DNA of 64,000 bases from Dehalococcoidia bacterium (GTDB lineage: Bacteria > Chloroflexota > Dehalococcoidia > Plut-88900). Shown piece by piece: positions 1 to 10,527 of this stretch. Made by a program: the position numbers and the translations under genes. The DNA is taken from positions 1,906,709-1,970,708 of the forward strand of contig OZ220734.1 in the NCBI GenBank assembly GCA_965116945.1. Direction: 5' to 3'. Every line of letters begins with the position of its first letter. Position 1 is the stretch's first letter. The notes under the pieces are model-generated. The model saw only the letters and a program-made list of their open reading frames with translations, had not been told where the DNA came from and searched no databases.

Positions 1-571
1 CCGACCTGAAGTCTAGCACCTGCTCATCCTCCACCTCGAAGGCGTGCCGCCACCGACACCCTATGTCGTTGCCCAGGATATGGATGGAGATTGATGGCTG
101 GTCCTTGTCCATGGTCTCAATCTTGTGGATGTCTCCCTCGGGCGGTACGAGGCGGGTGATGTCGCCCACTTTCAGGACGTTGGTAGCTACGTGAGTGAGT
201 TTGGCATGGTCGGGGTCAGAGCCGTCGTCCTCTCTGTGGTAGACGGTCTCCAATTGGCTACCCTGATACACACCCACCAGTCCCCAGGCCAGGTGGTCAT
301 GTACGGGAGTCGTGCAACCGGCTGGCACGACCATGGCCATCACGGAGAGGGAAGAGTCGTCTTCTCGATGAATGAGGTACTGGGCGAAATTGTCGGGGAT
401 GGGCACCTTGAATTCATCCGCCAGCCAGTCCGGGGAGTCCAGCATCTCCTGGAAGTCCGGGTAAATGCGCTCTATGGATTCTTCGGGTGGCAGGCCCATC
501 CGTGAAACCTCAACTATGCCCTCTACAAAGCGGGCGAGCTTTTCCGGTCGCAAATCTACTCCGGTGGTCAT
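1..571 (-). CDS. cysteine dioxygenase type I-like cupin (partial; C-terminus lies beyond window edge)
   Basis: Reverse-strand reading frame runs off the window edge and is absent from the ORF track. ATG at 571..569 is preceded by AAGGGGAG. Translation MTTGVDLRPEKLARFVEGIV...VPAGCTTPVHDHLAWGLVGVYQGSQLETVY...GDIHKIET carries the cupin H-x-H plus distal His pattern of CDO/3-mercaptopropionate dioxygenase. Confidence 0.6.
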   Translation of the reverse strand, partial: MTTGVDLRPEKLARFVEGIVEVSRMGLPPEESIERIYPDFQEMLDSPDWLADEFKVPIPDNFAQYLIHREDDSSLSVMAMVVPAGCTTPVHDHLAWGLVGVYQGSQLETVYHREDDGSDPDHAKLTHVATNVLKVGDITRLVPPEGDIHKIETMDKDQPSISIHILGNDIGCRWRHAFEVEDEQVLDFRS

Positions 572-613
572 GCTTAATCTCCCCTTGTAGGTCTAATTCT
601 GATGTTCAAGGCA

Positions 614-654
614 AAATATGTGGGTGAGGACTTGCAGCCCTCACCCACATATTT
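614..654 (-). terminator. rho-independent terminator downstream of katG (16-bp perfect inverted repeat plus T-tract)
   Basis: AAATATGTGGGTGAGG-acttgcagc-CCTCACCCACATATTT, followed on the minus strand by TTTTGCC. Lies between the katG stop (692) and the start of the next minus-strand gene. Confidence 0.6.
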
Positions 655-691
655 GCTTCTTGCATTCGGCGGTTGCGCCTACTTGCTGGAA

Positions 692-2866
<2,175 letters not shown>

Positions 2867-3299
2867 CTATGCGCTTCCGACATAGTAGCATCAACAACCG
2901 TCATTTGGAAGAGTTTGCACCAGCTCGATGGGGCAGCGACACTGCTGGCATTTCTATGGTTGTGGGGTTTCGTTTTCCGTTCTGTCTGTTGGGGTTTGGG
3001 TCGGCGATGGAAGGTCCGGGAATCAGTTTTCAGGGGGCGGGAGGCCAGCCTGGTTCAGCCCCGTGTTCCTGTGTCACATGGCAGACAGGCGAGGGGTCCT
3101 CGCCAGAGGGCGTCTCTGCCACCAGTTTTTCAGTTTTCCCGACCCACTCGGAGGGGTGGGTGGGTGTTTTCTCGCTGCCGTCGCTGGGTTAAAGGGAATC
3201 TCCGAAGGGAACGACGGGGGAGATTTTTCAAGGGCCATAAAGCCCGAGGTTTTTCGACAGGGCTCCTATATGAGGAGCGTGCCGCTTAATGTTGTGGAC

Positions 3300-3594
3300 C
3301 TTCCATCGCCTGGATGGACAGGGAAGGGGCGCGGGACCCGTGAAGATGAAGAGATGGCGCTGTTCGCTTGTGCCGCAACCTGCTTGCCTCGCGAGGGAGG
3401 GCGATTGGCCGGTCGCCCCTACAAGAGAGGGGAGAGGTATTGGGGTGGGCCAGGGCGTTGAGTCCTCGGATCGGGTCGGGTGGGCTTCCCTGGGTTTTTG
3501 GTTCCTCCTTGAAATAGGTGAGGTGATGTTCGAACGGTGTCGAGAATAGTACGGGTGTTCGTGTAGTGTCAAGGGGCAAATGTCCCACTTTCTG
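3300..3594 (-). promoter_or_regulatory. sigma70-like promoter plus conserved ~250 nt leader module (copy A), reading toward katG
   Basis: TTGACA at 3572..3567, an 18-nt spacer, and TATTCT at 3548..3543. The element AAAGTGGGACATTTGCCCCTTGACAC and ~250 nt downstream are near-identical to 57551..57803 on the other strand. The overlapping ORF-track peptides share KVGHLPLDTT(R/K)TPVL and PKTQGSP.DP.RGLNALAHPN, which reflects DNA duplication rather than a protein. Confidence 0.45.
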
Positions 3595-3612
3595 GGGGAT
3601 GGAAGTCTTAGC

Positions 3613-3666
3613 GTGGGTGGGGGGCAGGGTACCCACGAGGGGAACCCCTACAGGGGAGGGGGAATC
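3613..3666 (+). other. G-run cluster (potential G-quadruplex) in non-coding region
   Basis: GTGGGTGGGGGGCAGGGTACCCACGAGGGGAACCCCTACAGGGGAGGGGG contains four or more G3+ runs. Confidence 0.3.
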
Positions 3667-3772
3667 ACAGAGGCCGGAGATTGGTTGGCCTGGGCATCCT
3701 CTGCCTCTGTTCAGTACTGGGGAGGAGGGGGAGTGCTCCTCCCTCCCGCCCCGGGAATAATATGAGTCCCAC

Positions 3773-3838
3773 CCACCCGCCCTGTTTTAATGACATATCA
3801 AAAATGCAGTGCATTTTTGATATGTCTTTACCAAGGGG
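3773..3838. repeat. repeated intergenic element built around a 35-bp perfect AT-rich palindrome (copy 1)
   Basis: GACATATCAAAAATGCA-G-TGCATTTTTGATATGTC at 3792..3826, with shared flanks CCCGCCCTGTTT..AAT and TTTACCAAGGGG. A second copy lies at 17407..17471. Confidence 0.7.
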
Positions 3839-4026
3839 GGAGGGGAAGCAAGAGTAGAGGCAGGTGGATGTGGCGAGCACATGCGCCTGCCTTTGGTTTG
3901 GCAGAAAGGGTCTAAATTCACAAACGAAGTGCAACACTTGGTTAAGGTGTTGTCATGGAAAAAAGTTATGGACATATCACCATTGAAGAGAGATGTGAGA
4001 TTTCCCGACTACTCGAGAATGACGGA

Positions 4027-4090
4027 TTGGGGGTCGGGGGGAGGGGGAGAAGAGAAGAAGGGTGGGGGTGGCGAGACCCGGGGTGGGTCC
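4027..4090 (+). other. G-run cluster (potential G-quadruplex) adjacent to the 3' end of the CoA-transferase operon
   Basis: GGGGGTCGGGGGGAGGGGGAGAAGAGAAGAAGGGTGGGGGTGGCGAGACCCGGGGTGGG. A similar tract (TGACGGAGGGGGAGGGATGGGG) occurs at 17530..17565. Confidence 0.3.
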
Positions 4091-4102
4091 AGGGAGACAT
4101 TT

Positions 4103-5398
4103 CTAGCTGGGATTGTCTATGACGTATGACGTGCCGACGTGCCCATCGATCTCCATCTGAGCGTATTCCGCAGGGGTGCAGCCGAGGAGGTCTGAGTAGA
4201 CATAACCATTGTGTTCGCCGAGCCTGCATGGCGGCGTTCGTATACCGTTGGGGTGCCCCGACGCCTTCCACATGATTCCCGGGTAAAGGTGTGTCCCGCA
4301 ATCAACTTGGGTTAGCGACTGGAAAAATCCTCGAGAATCGTACTGGGGATCGGAGAAGGCATCCTCATCAAAGATGACCGGGCCCGCCGCGACGCCATGG
4401 GCCTGGAGCAGCGCGGAGATATCGTAAGGGTCATGGTTAAGTGTCCAACTGGTTATATGCTCGCCGATTTCCTCCTGATTGTTGTATCTGCCGGTCACGG
4501 TGGCAAAGCGAGGATTTCGGGCCCAATCCGGAGCCCCGAGGGCCTTTACGAAACCCTCCCACTCATCGTCAGTCCCAATCGCTATGGTCACCCACTTGTC
4601 CTCTCCCTTGCACGGGAAGCAATCGTGGGGTGCGAAAGACCAGTGTCGGTTCCCGATAGCCGATGGGATGCGGCTGTTCATGGCGTATTCGAGGATCTGC
4701 CGAGGCATAAAGGACGCCATGGACTCACATTGTGCCATCTCAATCTGGGTCCCCTTGCCGGTGTGTCTCCGAGCTCTCAGTGCACTCATGATGGCGAATG
4801 CCGCATACACCCCGGCTATCCCGTCTCCGACCACAGTAGTGCTGATTTCCGAAAAGTCGGTGTCCGCGTAGTTTCGGAGCCACGTGTGACCTGTTACCGC
4901 TTCGCCGTGGTTACCCATGGACCGGTAGTTTGTGTATGGCCCGTCAAGTCCGAATCCCGGCATTCTGACCATGATGATGTCAGGACGCTGCTTGCGGACG
5001 GACTCGTAATCAATTTGCAGCTTTGCCATTGTCGTTGGGGTGTTGTTTTCGACAAGTACGTCGCTGATATTGAGAAGGCTATTCAGGACGGCGCGGCCTT
5101 GGGGCCTGGTTAGGTCCATTGTCCCGCTGAGCTTGTTGCGGGCGTGGACGTTGAAGAGTGCCCACCGGTTTGCCCTGTTTTCACCAAGCTTGGAGCCGGG
5201 GTATCCCAGCCACCACATTGCAGGGGGAGGCTCTATTTTCTCGATAGACCAAACCCTGGTTGAAATGGGTGCGATCTGCGTTGATTCGACGCGAATTACC
5301 TCTGCACCCCAGTCGGCGAGCAATTGAGTAGTGTAAGGGCCGGCCCAGATCTGAGTGATGTCCAGCACCCGGATCCCTTCCAACGGCAGCCGACGCAT
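4103..5398 (-). CDS. CoA-transferase family III (CaiB/BaiF-like)
   Basis: 431 aa; N-terminus MRRLPLEGIRVLDITQIWAGPYTTQLLADWGAEVIRVES is the family-III CoA-transferase signature. The stop is 2 nt from the next paralog. Confidence 0.85.
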   Translation of the reverse strand: MRRLPLEGIRVLDITQIWAGPYTTQLLADWGAEVIRVESTQIAPISTRVWSIEKIEPPPAMWWLGYPGSKLGENRANRWALFNVHARNKLSGTMDLTRPQGRAVLNSLLNISDVLVENNTPTTMAKLQIDYESVRKQRPDIIMVRMPGFGLDGPYTNYRSMGNHGEAVTGHTWLRNYADTDFSEISTTVVGDGIAGVYAAFAIMSALRARRHTGKGTQIEMAQCESMASFMPRQILEYAMNSRIPSAIGNRHWSFAPHDCFPCKGEDKWVTIAIGTDDEWEGFVKALGAPDWARNPRFATVTGRYNNQEEIGEHITSWTLNHDPYDISALLQAHGVAAGPVIFDEDAFSDPQYDSRGFFQSLTQVDCGTHLYPGIMWKASGHPNGIRTPPCRLGEHNGYVYSDLLGCTPAEYAQMEIDGHVGTSYVIDNPS

Positions 5399-5400
5399 GT

Positions 5401-6606
5401 CTATATGACCCCCGTTTGTTTCAGTTTGCCCAGCTCTTCGCGGCTGAACCCCAGTTCTCCGCCAAATATCTCATCGTTGTGCTCTCCGAGCGCTGGCGCC
5501 GCTCTGCGTGCCGAGACGCGGGCATGGTCTATTGTGAAAGGTGATCCTGGGTAGGCCGTTAGACCGGTTTCCCCTTCGATTCGGTTCCAAAACCCACGGT
5601 AGGCATAGTGTGGATCGTTAAGAAGGTCGGAAGCGTTGTTTATCGGAGCCGCCATGGCCCTATGGTCCTGCGCTATGCGCCAGGCTTCCTGGTTGTCCTG
5701 GCGGAGGGCCCATTCCATAATACGAGACCGAATCATGTCGAAATTTTCGGACTCCTGTCGGGCGTCGGGGTCCGTGAAGCGAAAGTCGTGGGCCAGCTCG
5801 GGTGCATCGATTAAAGTGGGGAGCTGTTCAGTGGCAGCCGGGGTTGCCGCATCGAAGGCAATGTAACCGTTGCTGGTGGGCAACACTCCACTTAATGCGC
5901 TGATTCCGGCATCAATGCGCCCTCCCCTTTCACCCGTGTATTGGTAAGAGAGGAAGGTGAGGGTGCGGCGATCTATGTTGCCTGCTTGTATTTCCATGAT
6001 GGACATGTCCAGGTGCTCCCCAACCCCCGACACTTCAGCCTCGAAAAACGCAATCATCGTCGCAAGCGCTGTTGCGGTACCGGCCTGGTGAAATACTATG
6101 CCGTCCGCAATGTTGAGTGGAGGATGGTCAGGGGTGCCGGTCACGGCCATGGGGCCGCCCATCCCGTATTGTGTAATTTCGTCAGCCTTATAGTGTTTGT
6201 AGGGTCCGGATTGTCCGAAATTCGTTACCGATGCCATCACCAGCCCGGGATTGAATTTTGATAATTCGTCAAATCCGAGACCCAAAGTGTCCATAACGCC
6301 AGGGTCAAAGCTCTCCACCAGAACTTGGGCTGAAGAGACTAGCTCACTGAATACTCTCCTGCCGGCCTCGCTTCCTATGTTGAGCGTGACGCCGCGCTTA
6401 CCAAGATTCACATACTGGAAAGTTCCGCTTGCCTCATATGCCGGGACCATTCCGGGAAAGGGAGCAAGGCGCCGGGAGGGATCACCGTTCGTTGGGGCTT
6501 CAACCTTTATTACATCGGCGCCCTGGTCGGCCATTAGCCTTGCGCTGAAAGGTCCGGGAACGCCTTTGGAGAGATCGATGACTCGTATACCGTCAAGAGG
6601 CAGCAT
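5401..6606 (-). CDS. CoA-transferase family III (CaiB/BaiF-like), second paralog in operon
   Basis: MLPLDGIRVIDLSKGVPGPFSARLMADQGADVIKVEAP. The track ORF extends to 6804 through an implausible N-terminal extension; the internal ATG at 6606 gives a normal-length protein and a sensible divergent intergenic region. Confidence 0.75.
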   Translation of the reverse strand: MLPLDGIRVIDLSKGVPGPFSARLMADQGADVIKVEAPTNGDPSRRLAPFPGMVPAYEASGTFQYVNLGKRGVTLNIGSEAGRRVFSELVSSAQVLVESFDPGVMDTLGLGFDELSKFNPGLVMASVTNFGQSGPYKHYKADEITQYGMGGPMAVTGTPDHPPLNIADGIVFHQAGTATALATMIAFFEAEVSGVGEHLDMSIMEIQAGNIDRRTLTFLSYQYTGERGGRIDAGISALSGVLPTSNGYIAFDAATPAATEQLPTLIDAPELAHDFRFTDPDARQESENFDMIRSRIMEWALRQDNQEAWRIAQDHRAMAAPINNASDLLNDPHYAYRGFWNRIEGETGLTAYPGSPFTIDHARVSARRAAPALGEHNDEIFGGELGFSREELGKLKQTGVI

Positions 6607-6738
6607 TGCATGCCTTTCACCGGGTGTCGGAAGTGGGTGCAGTATAGCATGAGCCAAGGGTACGATTGATTGACGGAGGAGTCGCGTAGCAATATGATTC
6701 GACAGGCCGATTCGAGTTAGCATTGCCGCAGAGGACAC

Positions 6739-7908
6739 ATGAAATCCAAGGCTGACGTAGTAGTTATAGGTGGCGGTGTGATGGGGTGCAGTATCCTGTT
6801 CCATCTCGCCCGTCGCGGCGTGACCGACACCGTGCTCGTGGAGAAAGAATCACTGGGCGCAGGGTCTACGGGTCGTTCCTCCGGTATTGTTCGCATGCAC
6901 TACTCCAGTGAGGTCAATGCCAGGATCGCTTTTGATAGCCTGGAGACTATCCGGGACTTTCCCGAGATAGTGGGCTACGAATCGGGGTTTGTTAATTCCG
7001 GAGCGATGTTCATGGCGCCGCCAGATACCAAGGAGGACTTCCAACGGAACATCGCAATGCAGCAAGCCCTGGGAATAGACACCAGGATCCTGGACGCCAG
7101 GCAGGCCAAAGAGATTGCTCCTCACCTTGAATTCAGTGAGTCGGACACCATTTGCTTCGAGCCTCAGTCCGGTTACGCCGACCCGCCCAGTGTAGGTCAA
7201 GGCTTTGCCACGGCCGCCCGAGGCATGGGTGCTGAGGTATTTCTGGACACTCCGGCTTCAGACGTGGAAATTGTCAACGACAAGGTAGTTGCGGTGGAGA
7301 CAAGGGCGGGCCGGATTGAGACGGATACTGCTGTGGTTGCCGCCGGTCCGTGGTCTGTCTACCTGATGCGGAAAATCGGTATAGACCTGCCCCTGAAGGC
7401 CACCCGCCACGAGGTGTTTTTCCTCAAACGCAGCCTGGACATAATTCCCGGACACCCGGTAATCGGCGACTTGGTCAACATGGCCTACATGAGGCCGGAA
7501 AGCCCTGACCTCACACTAGTCGGTGACGTGGAGCTGGAGATAGATGCTGACCCAGACAGCTACGATCAGAAGCCCAGCATGGATTACATCGAGAGGATGT
7601 GGGGCCGGGTGGCGAAACGGGCACCCGGCCTGGAACAAGCCGAGTATTTCACGGGATACGCGGGCCTTTACACCAACACCCCTGACGGACACCCTATCAT
7701 TGACAAAGTGGAAGACATAGATGGCCTTTACATCTGCACCGGCTTCAACGGTCACGGGTTCAAGGAGTCGCCGGCCGTAGGCAAGCTGGTTGCCGAGATA
7801 ATCGTGGATGGGGAGGCGACTAGCATTGATATTTCCAGTCTTGGCATGTCCCGCTTTGGCGAAGATTCTCTTCACGCCGTAGGCTATGCATCGAAGGTCA
7901 TGGGATAA
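6739..7908 (+). CDS. FAD-dependent oxidoreductase (sarcosine oxidase beta / DadA family)
   Basis: MKSKADVVVIGGGVMGCSILFHLARRG Rossmann dinucleotide motif; DAO-family length and C-terminus. Confidence 0.85.
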   Translation: MKSKADVVVIGGGVMGCSILFHLARRGVTDTVLVEKESLGAGSTGRSSGIVRMHYSSEVNARIAFDSLETIRDFPEIVGYESGFVNSGAMFMAPPDTKEDFQRNIAMQQALGIDTRILDARQAKEIAPHLEFSESDTICFEPQSGYADPPSVGQGFATAARGMGAEVFLDTPASDVEIVNDKVVAVETRAGRIETDTAVVAAGPWSVYLMRKIGIDLPLKATRHEVFFLKRSLDIIPGHPVIGDLVNMAYMRPESPDLTLVGDVELEIDADPDSYDQKPSMDYIERMWGRVAKRAPGLEQAEYFTGYAGLYTNTPDGHPIIDKVEDIDGLYICTGFNGHGFKESPAVGKLVAEIIVDGEATSIDISSLGMSRFGEDSLHAVGYASKVMG

Positions 7909-7941
7909 ATCCCTGGCTTCACACAACTCAGGAGGACCAAA

Positions 7942-9006
7942 ATGTGCTCAATGAAATACCCCGACTGGCAAGACTTCATGGCTAACAGCTTCGCGGGGCG
8001 CCGGACCTTCCCCTTGATCGCCGACGAACTGCCCACATTCCTGGGCGTTCCCCACGTCACCTCCAAGGTTGAACTCAAGGGTCAGGACGTTGTGATTATC
8101 GGCGCTCCTTACGTGGCAACCGCCACGGACAAGTACGCCGGAGTCGACAAGTGGGAGTGGATATCGGGCCCCAAGAGGGTCAGGCAGCAGTCAGTCAGGT
8201 ATGGATCGGGGTACATCCAGGACTTCGATATCGACGTATTCGAACATCTCAATGTAGTTGACTACGGTGACGCAGACATCCCCGAAGAGGTCAACGTCTC
8301 CCAGACCCCCGAGAACATCCTTAAGGCCCAGGCCTCCGTGGAAGAAAAGGTCGGTGATGTGCTGGAAGCGGGCGGTATCCCGATCGTGATAGGACAGAAT
8401 TCCCCGCTCGGCTCCTTTGCCATTGCCAAGTCCATATCCGAGCATACGGCCGGTCAGGTAGGGTGCGTGAGTCTCGACACCCATTGGGACGCTGCGAAAC
8501 TCGACAGAATGACCAACGATCCACGTATAGCTGGCAGCGGCAGCTGGAAGCACAAGATGTACGAATTCCTCGAAAACATGCATCCCAGCACCCTTGTGGA
8601 AATCGGGGAGCGGGGGATGCTGGAGAAGAAGGACATCGTGCGTCGGTACCTGAGGGAAGGGGCTCGGTTCATCTCCTCGTGGGAGGTGCGAAGCCTGGGT
8701 ATCGAGGGAGTTGTCAACGAACTGGACAGGGCCTATAAGGGCACGGATGGCGTATACGTCCACTTCGACATGGATGTCCTCGGGGGGGCAGGGCCGGCCT
8801 CTGGAGACATTATGGGCGAGCTGGCCGAGCCTATCGGACTAACGGACTACGAGGTCATCCGAATAGCCCATGAAGTAGGGCGTCGGGGGCTCAGTGGTAT
8901 GTCCTTCATCTGCATCCCGCCGGGGTCCGCGGTGATCTACCGGGTGATCGTGTACGTGATCATGTACCTGATGGCGGGGCTGGCGCTGGAGAAGGCGAAG
9001 AAGTAG
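7942..9006 (+). CDS. arginase/agmatinase-family ureohydrolase (guanidino-compound hydrolase candidate)
   Basis: VSLDTHWDA and VHFDMDVLGGAGPASGD Mn-binding motifs of the ureohydrolase fold. The RBS AGGAGGACCAAAATG precedes the start. The C-terminal hydrophobic tail is unusual. Confidence 0.8.
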   Translation: MCSMKYPDWQDFMANSFAGRRTFPLIADELPTFLGVPHVTSKVELKGQDVVIIGAPYVATATDKYAGVDKWEWISGPKRVRQQSVRYGSGYIQDFDIDVFEHLNVVDYGDADIPEEVNVSQTPENILKAQASVEEKVGDVLEAGGIPIVIGQNSPLGSFAIAKSISEHTAGQVGCVSLDTHWDAAKLDRMTNDPRIAGSGSWKHKMYEFLENMHPSTLVEIGERGMLEKKDIVRRYLREGARFISSWEVRSLGIEGVVNELDRAYKGTDGVYVHFDMDVLGGAGPASGDIMGELAEPIGLTDYEVIRIAHEVGRRGLSGMSFICIPPGSAVIYRVIVYVIMYLMAGLALEKAKK

Positions 9007-9012
9007 AGGGGC

Positions 9013-9753
9013 CTAGGCCGCGCCCAGGAATACGCGGGTCAGGATGTCCGTGTCCCGGATAGACTGTGGCGTACCGTCGTGGACTACCCGACCCTTATCC
9101 AGCACGTAGGCCCGATTCACAATGTCGAGCACGCCCTTGATGTTGTGCTCGACTACCATGATGGTGGTCCCCAGGCGTTGGCTGATTTCGGAAACCTTCT
9201 CGAACACTTCTTTCACGATGATCGGCGCAAGCCCGAGGGTCGGCTCGTCCAGGAGTAGCACCTCTGGGTCGGCCATCAGCCCGCGCCCCAGGGCCAACAT
9301 CTGCTGCTGCCCTCCTGACATCTGGCTTGCGTAGTCCTGACGCTTCTCGTGGAGGATGGGAAACAGCTCCATCACGCCGTCAAGGCGGCGGCGCATTTCT
9401 GCCCTGTTATTGAGGTAGAGACAGCCCATCTCCAAGTTCTCTTCGATTGTGAGGTGGGTGAAAACTCGGCGTCCTTGCGGAACGAAAGAGATGCCTTTCT
9501 TTACTATCTCATGGGTCTCGGCCTGCAACTGTTGGTGCTGCCAATAGACCTGCCCCCCGACGACAGGCGCCAGGCGCATGATGGCCTTTAGTACCGTGGA
9601 CTTCCCTGCCCCGTTGGGCCCCATCACGGCCACAACCTCACCCCTGTCCACCCCCAGTGATGCTTCATTCAAAGCGACGACCGCACCATAATGTACAGAG
9701 ATGTCCTCGAGTTCCAGTATCCTCCTTTTACCGTTGTCGCGCATTGTGTTCAT
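9013..9753 (-). CDS. livF: ABC transporter ATP-binding protein (LivF-like)
   Basis: Walker A GPNGAGKST, signature LSGGQQQM, Walker B LLLDEP. Confidence 0.85.
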   Translation of the reverse strand: MNTMRDNGKRRILELEDISVHYGAVVALNEASLGVDRGEVVAVMGPNGAGKSTVLKAIMRLAPVVGGQVYWQHQQLQAETHEIVKKGISFVPQGRRVFTHLTIEENLEMGCLYLNNRAEMRRRLDGVMELFPILHEKRQDYASQMSGGQQQMLALGRGLMADPEVLLLDEPTLGLAPIIVKEVFEKVSEISQRLGTTIMVVEHNIKGVLDIVNRAYVLDKGRVVHDGTPQSIRDTDILTRVFLGAA

Positions 9754-9773
9754 CAGTTCCAGACCTCGCTCAG

Positions 9774-10527
9774 CTAATCGCCCAGATAGGCCTCAATGAC
9801 CTCAGGACGGTTCAGGACGTCTTCGACTTCTCCCTCGGCAAGGAGGGTGCCGCTATCCAACACAATAATGCGGTCGGAAAGCTCCCGAACGATGTCCATA
9901 TTGTGCTCTATGAAGACTATGGTATGGCCCTCGTCCCGCATCTCCTTCATCAGATCCTTTACCCGTTCAAGCATTTGCGGAAACAGACCGGCAAATGGTT
10001 CGTCAAACAGATATACCTTCACATTCATGGCCATCGCCCGCCCGATCTCCAGCAGCTTGCGCTGTCCGTAGGAGAGGTTTTGAGCCAGGGCACCGCGTTT
10101 CTCCCACATCCCCACCTTCTCCAGGATCTCCTGGGCCCTCTTCTTGTAGTCGGGTTTGGACCTTTCAAACAACGCCGGAAGCCATGGCCTGCTGGTGAGG
10201 ACAACCATGATGTTGTCCCACACGGTTATCTGGTCGAACAGGCGGACCTCCTGGAAAGTGCGGGTCAGCCCGTGGTCCGGGGTCTCGAAGGAGTGGACGA
10301 CCTTTAGCCCCGTCCCGTCTATTATCACCATGCCCCCGTCCAGCGGAAGCGTCCCCGACAGCAAGTTTACCAGCGTAGATTTGCCAGATCCGTTAGGACC
10401 GACAATGCTGGTCATCCCTGTTGAGGGGATCGAAATCGAAAGCTCGTCTACAGCCCGTACGGCGCCGAAGTGCTTGGAGACCTTGTCGGTAGACAGGGCT
10501 GAGGAATCTTGAATCTCGGAAGTGGTC
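9774..10527 (-). CDS. livG: ABC transporter ATP-binding protein (LivG-like)
   Basis: GPNGSGKSTLVNLL, LSYGQRKLLE, LFDEPFAG. A TTG start overlapping the livM stop (TTGA) is proposed; the track ORF extends further upstream. Confidence 0.75.

Noticed and set aside
4397-5113. 238-aa plus-strand ORF
   Set aside because: Antisense to the CoA-transferase gene; no conserved domain.
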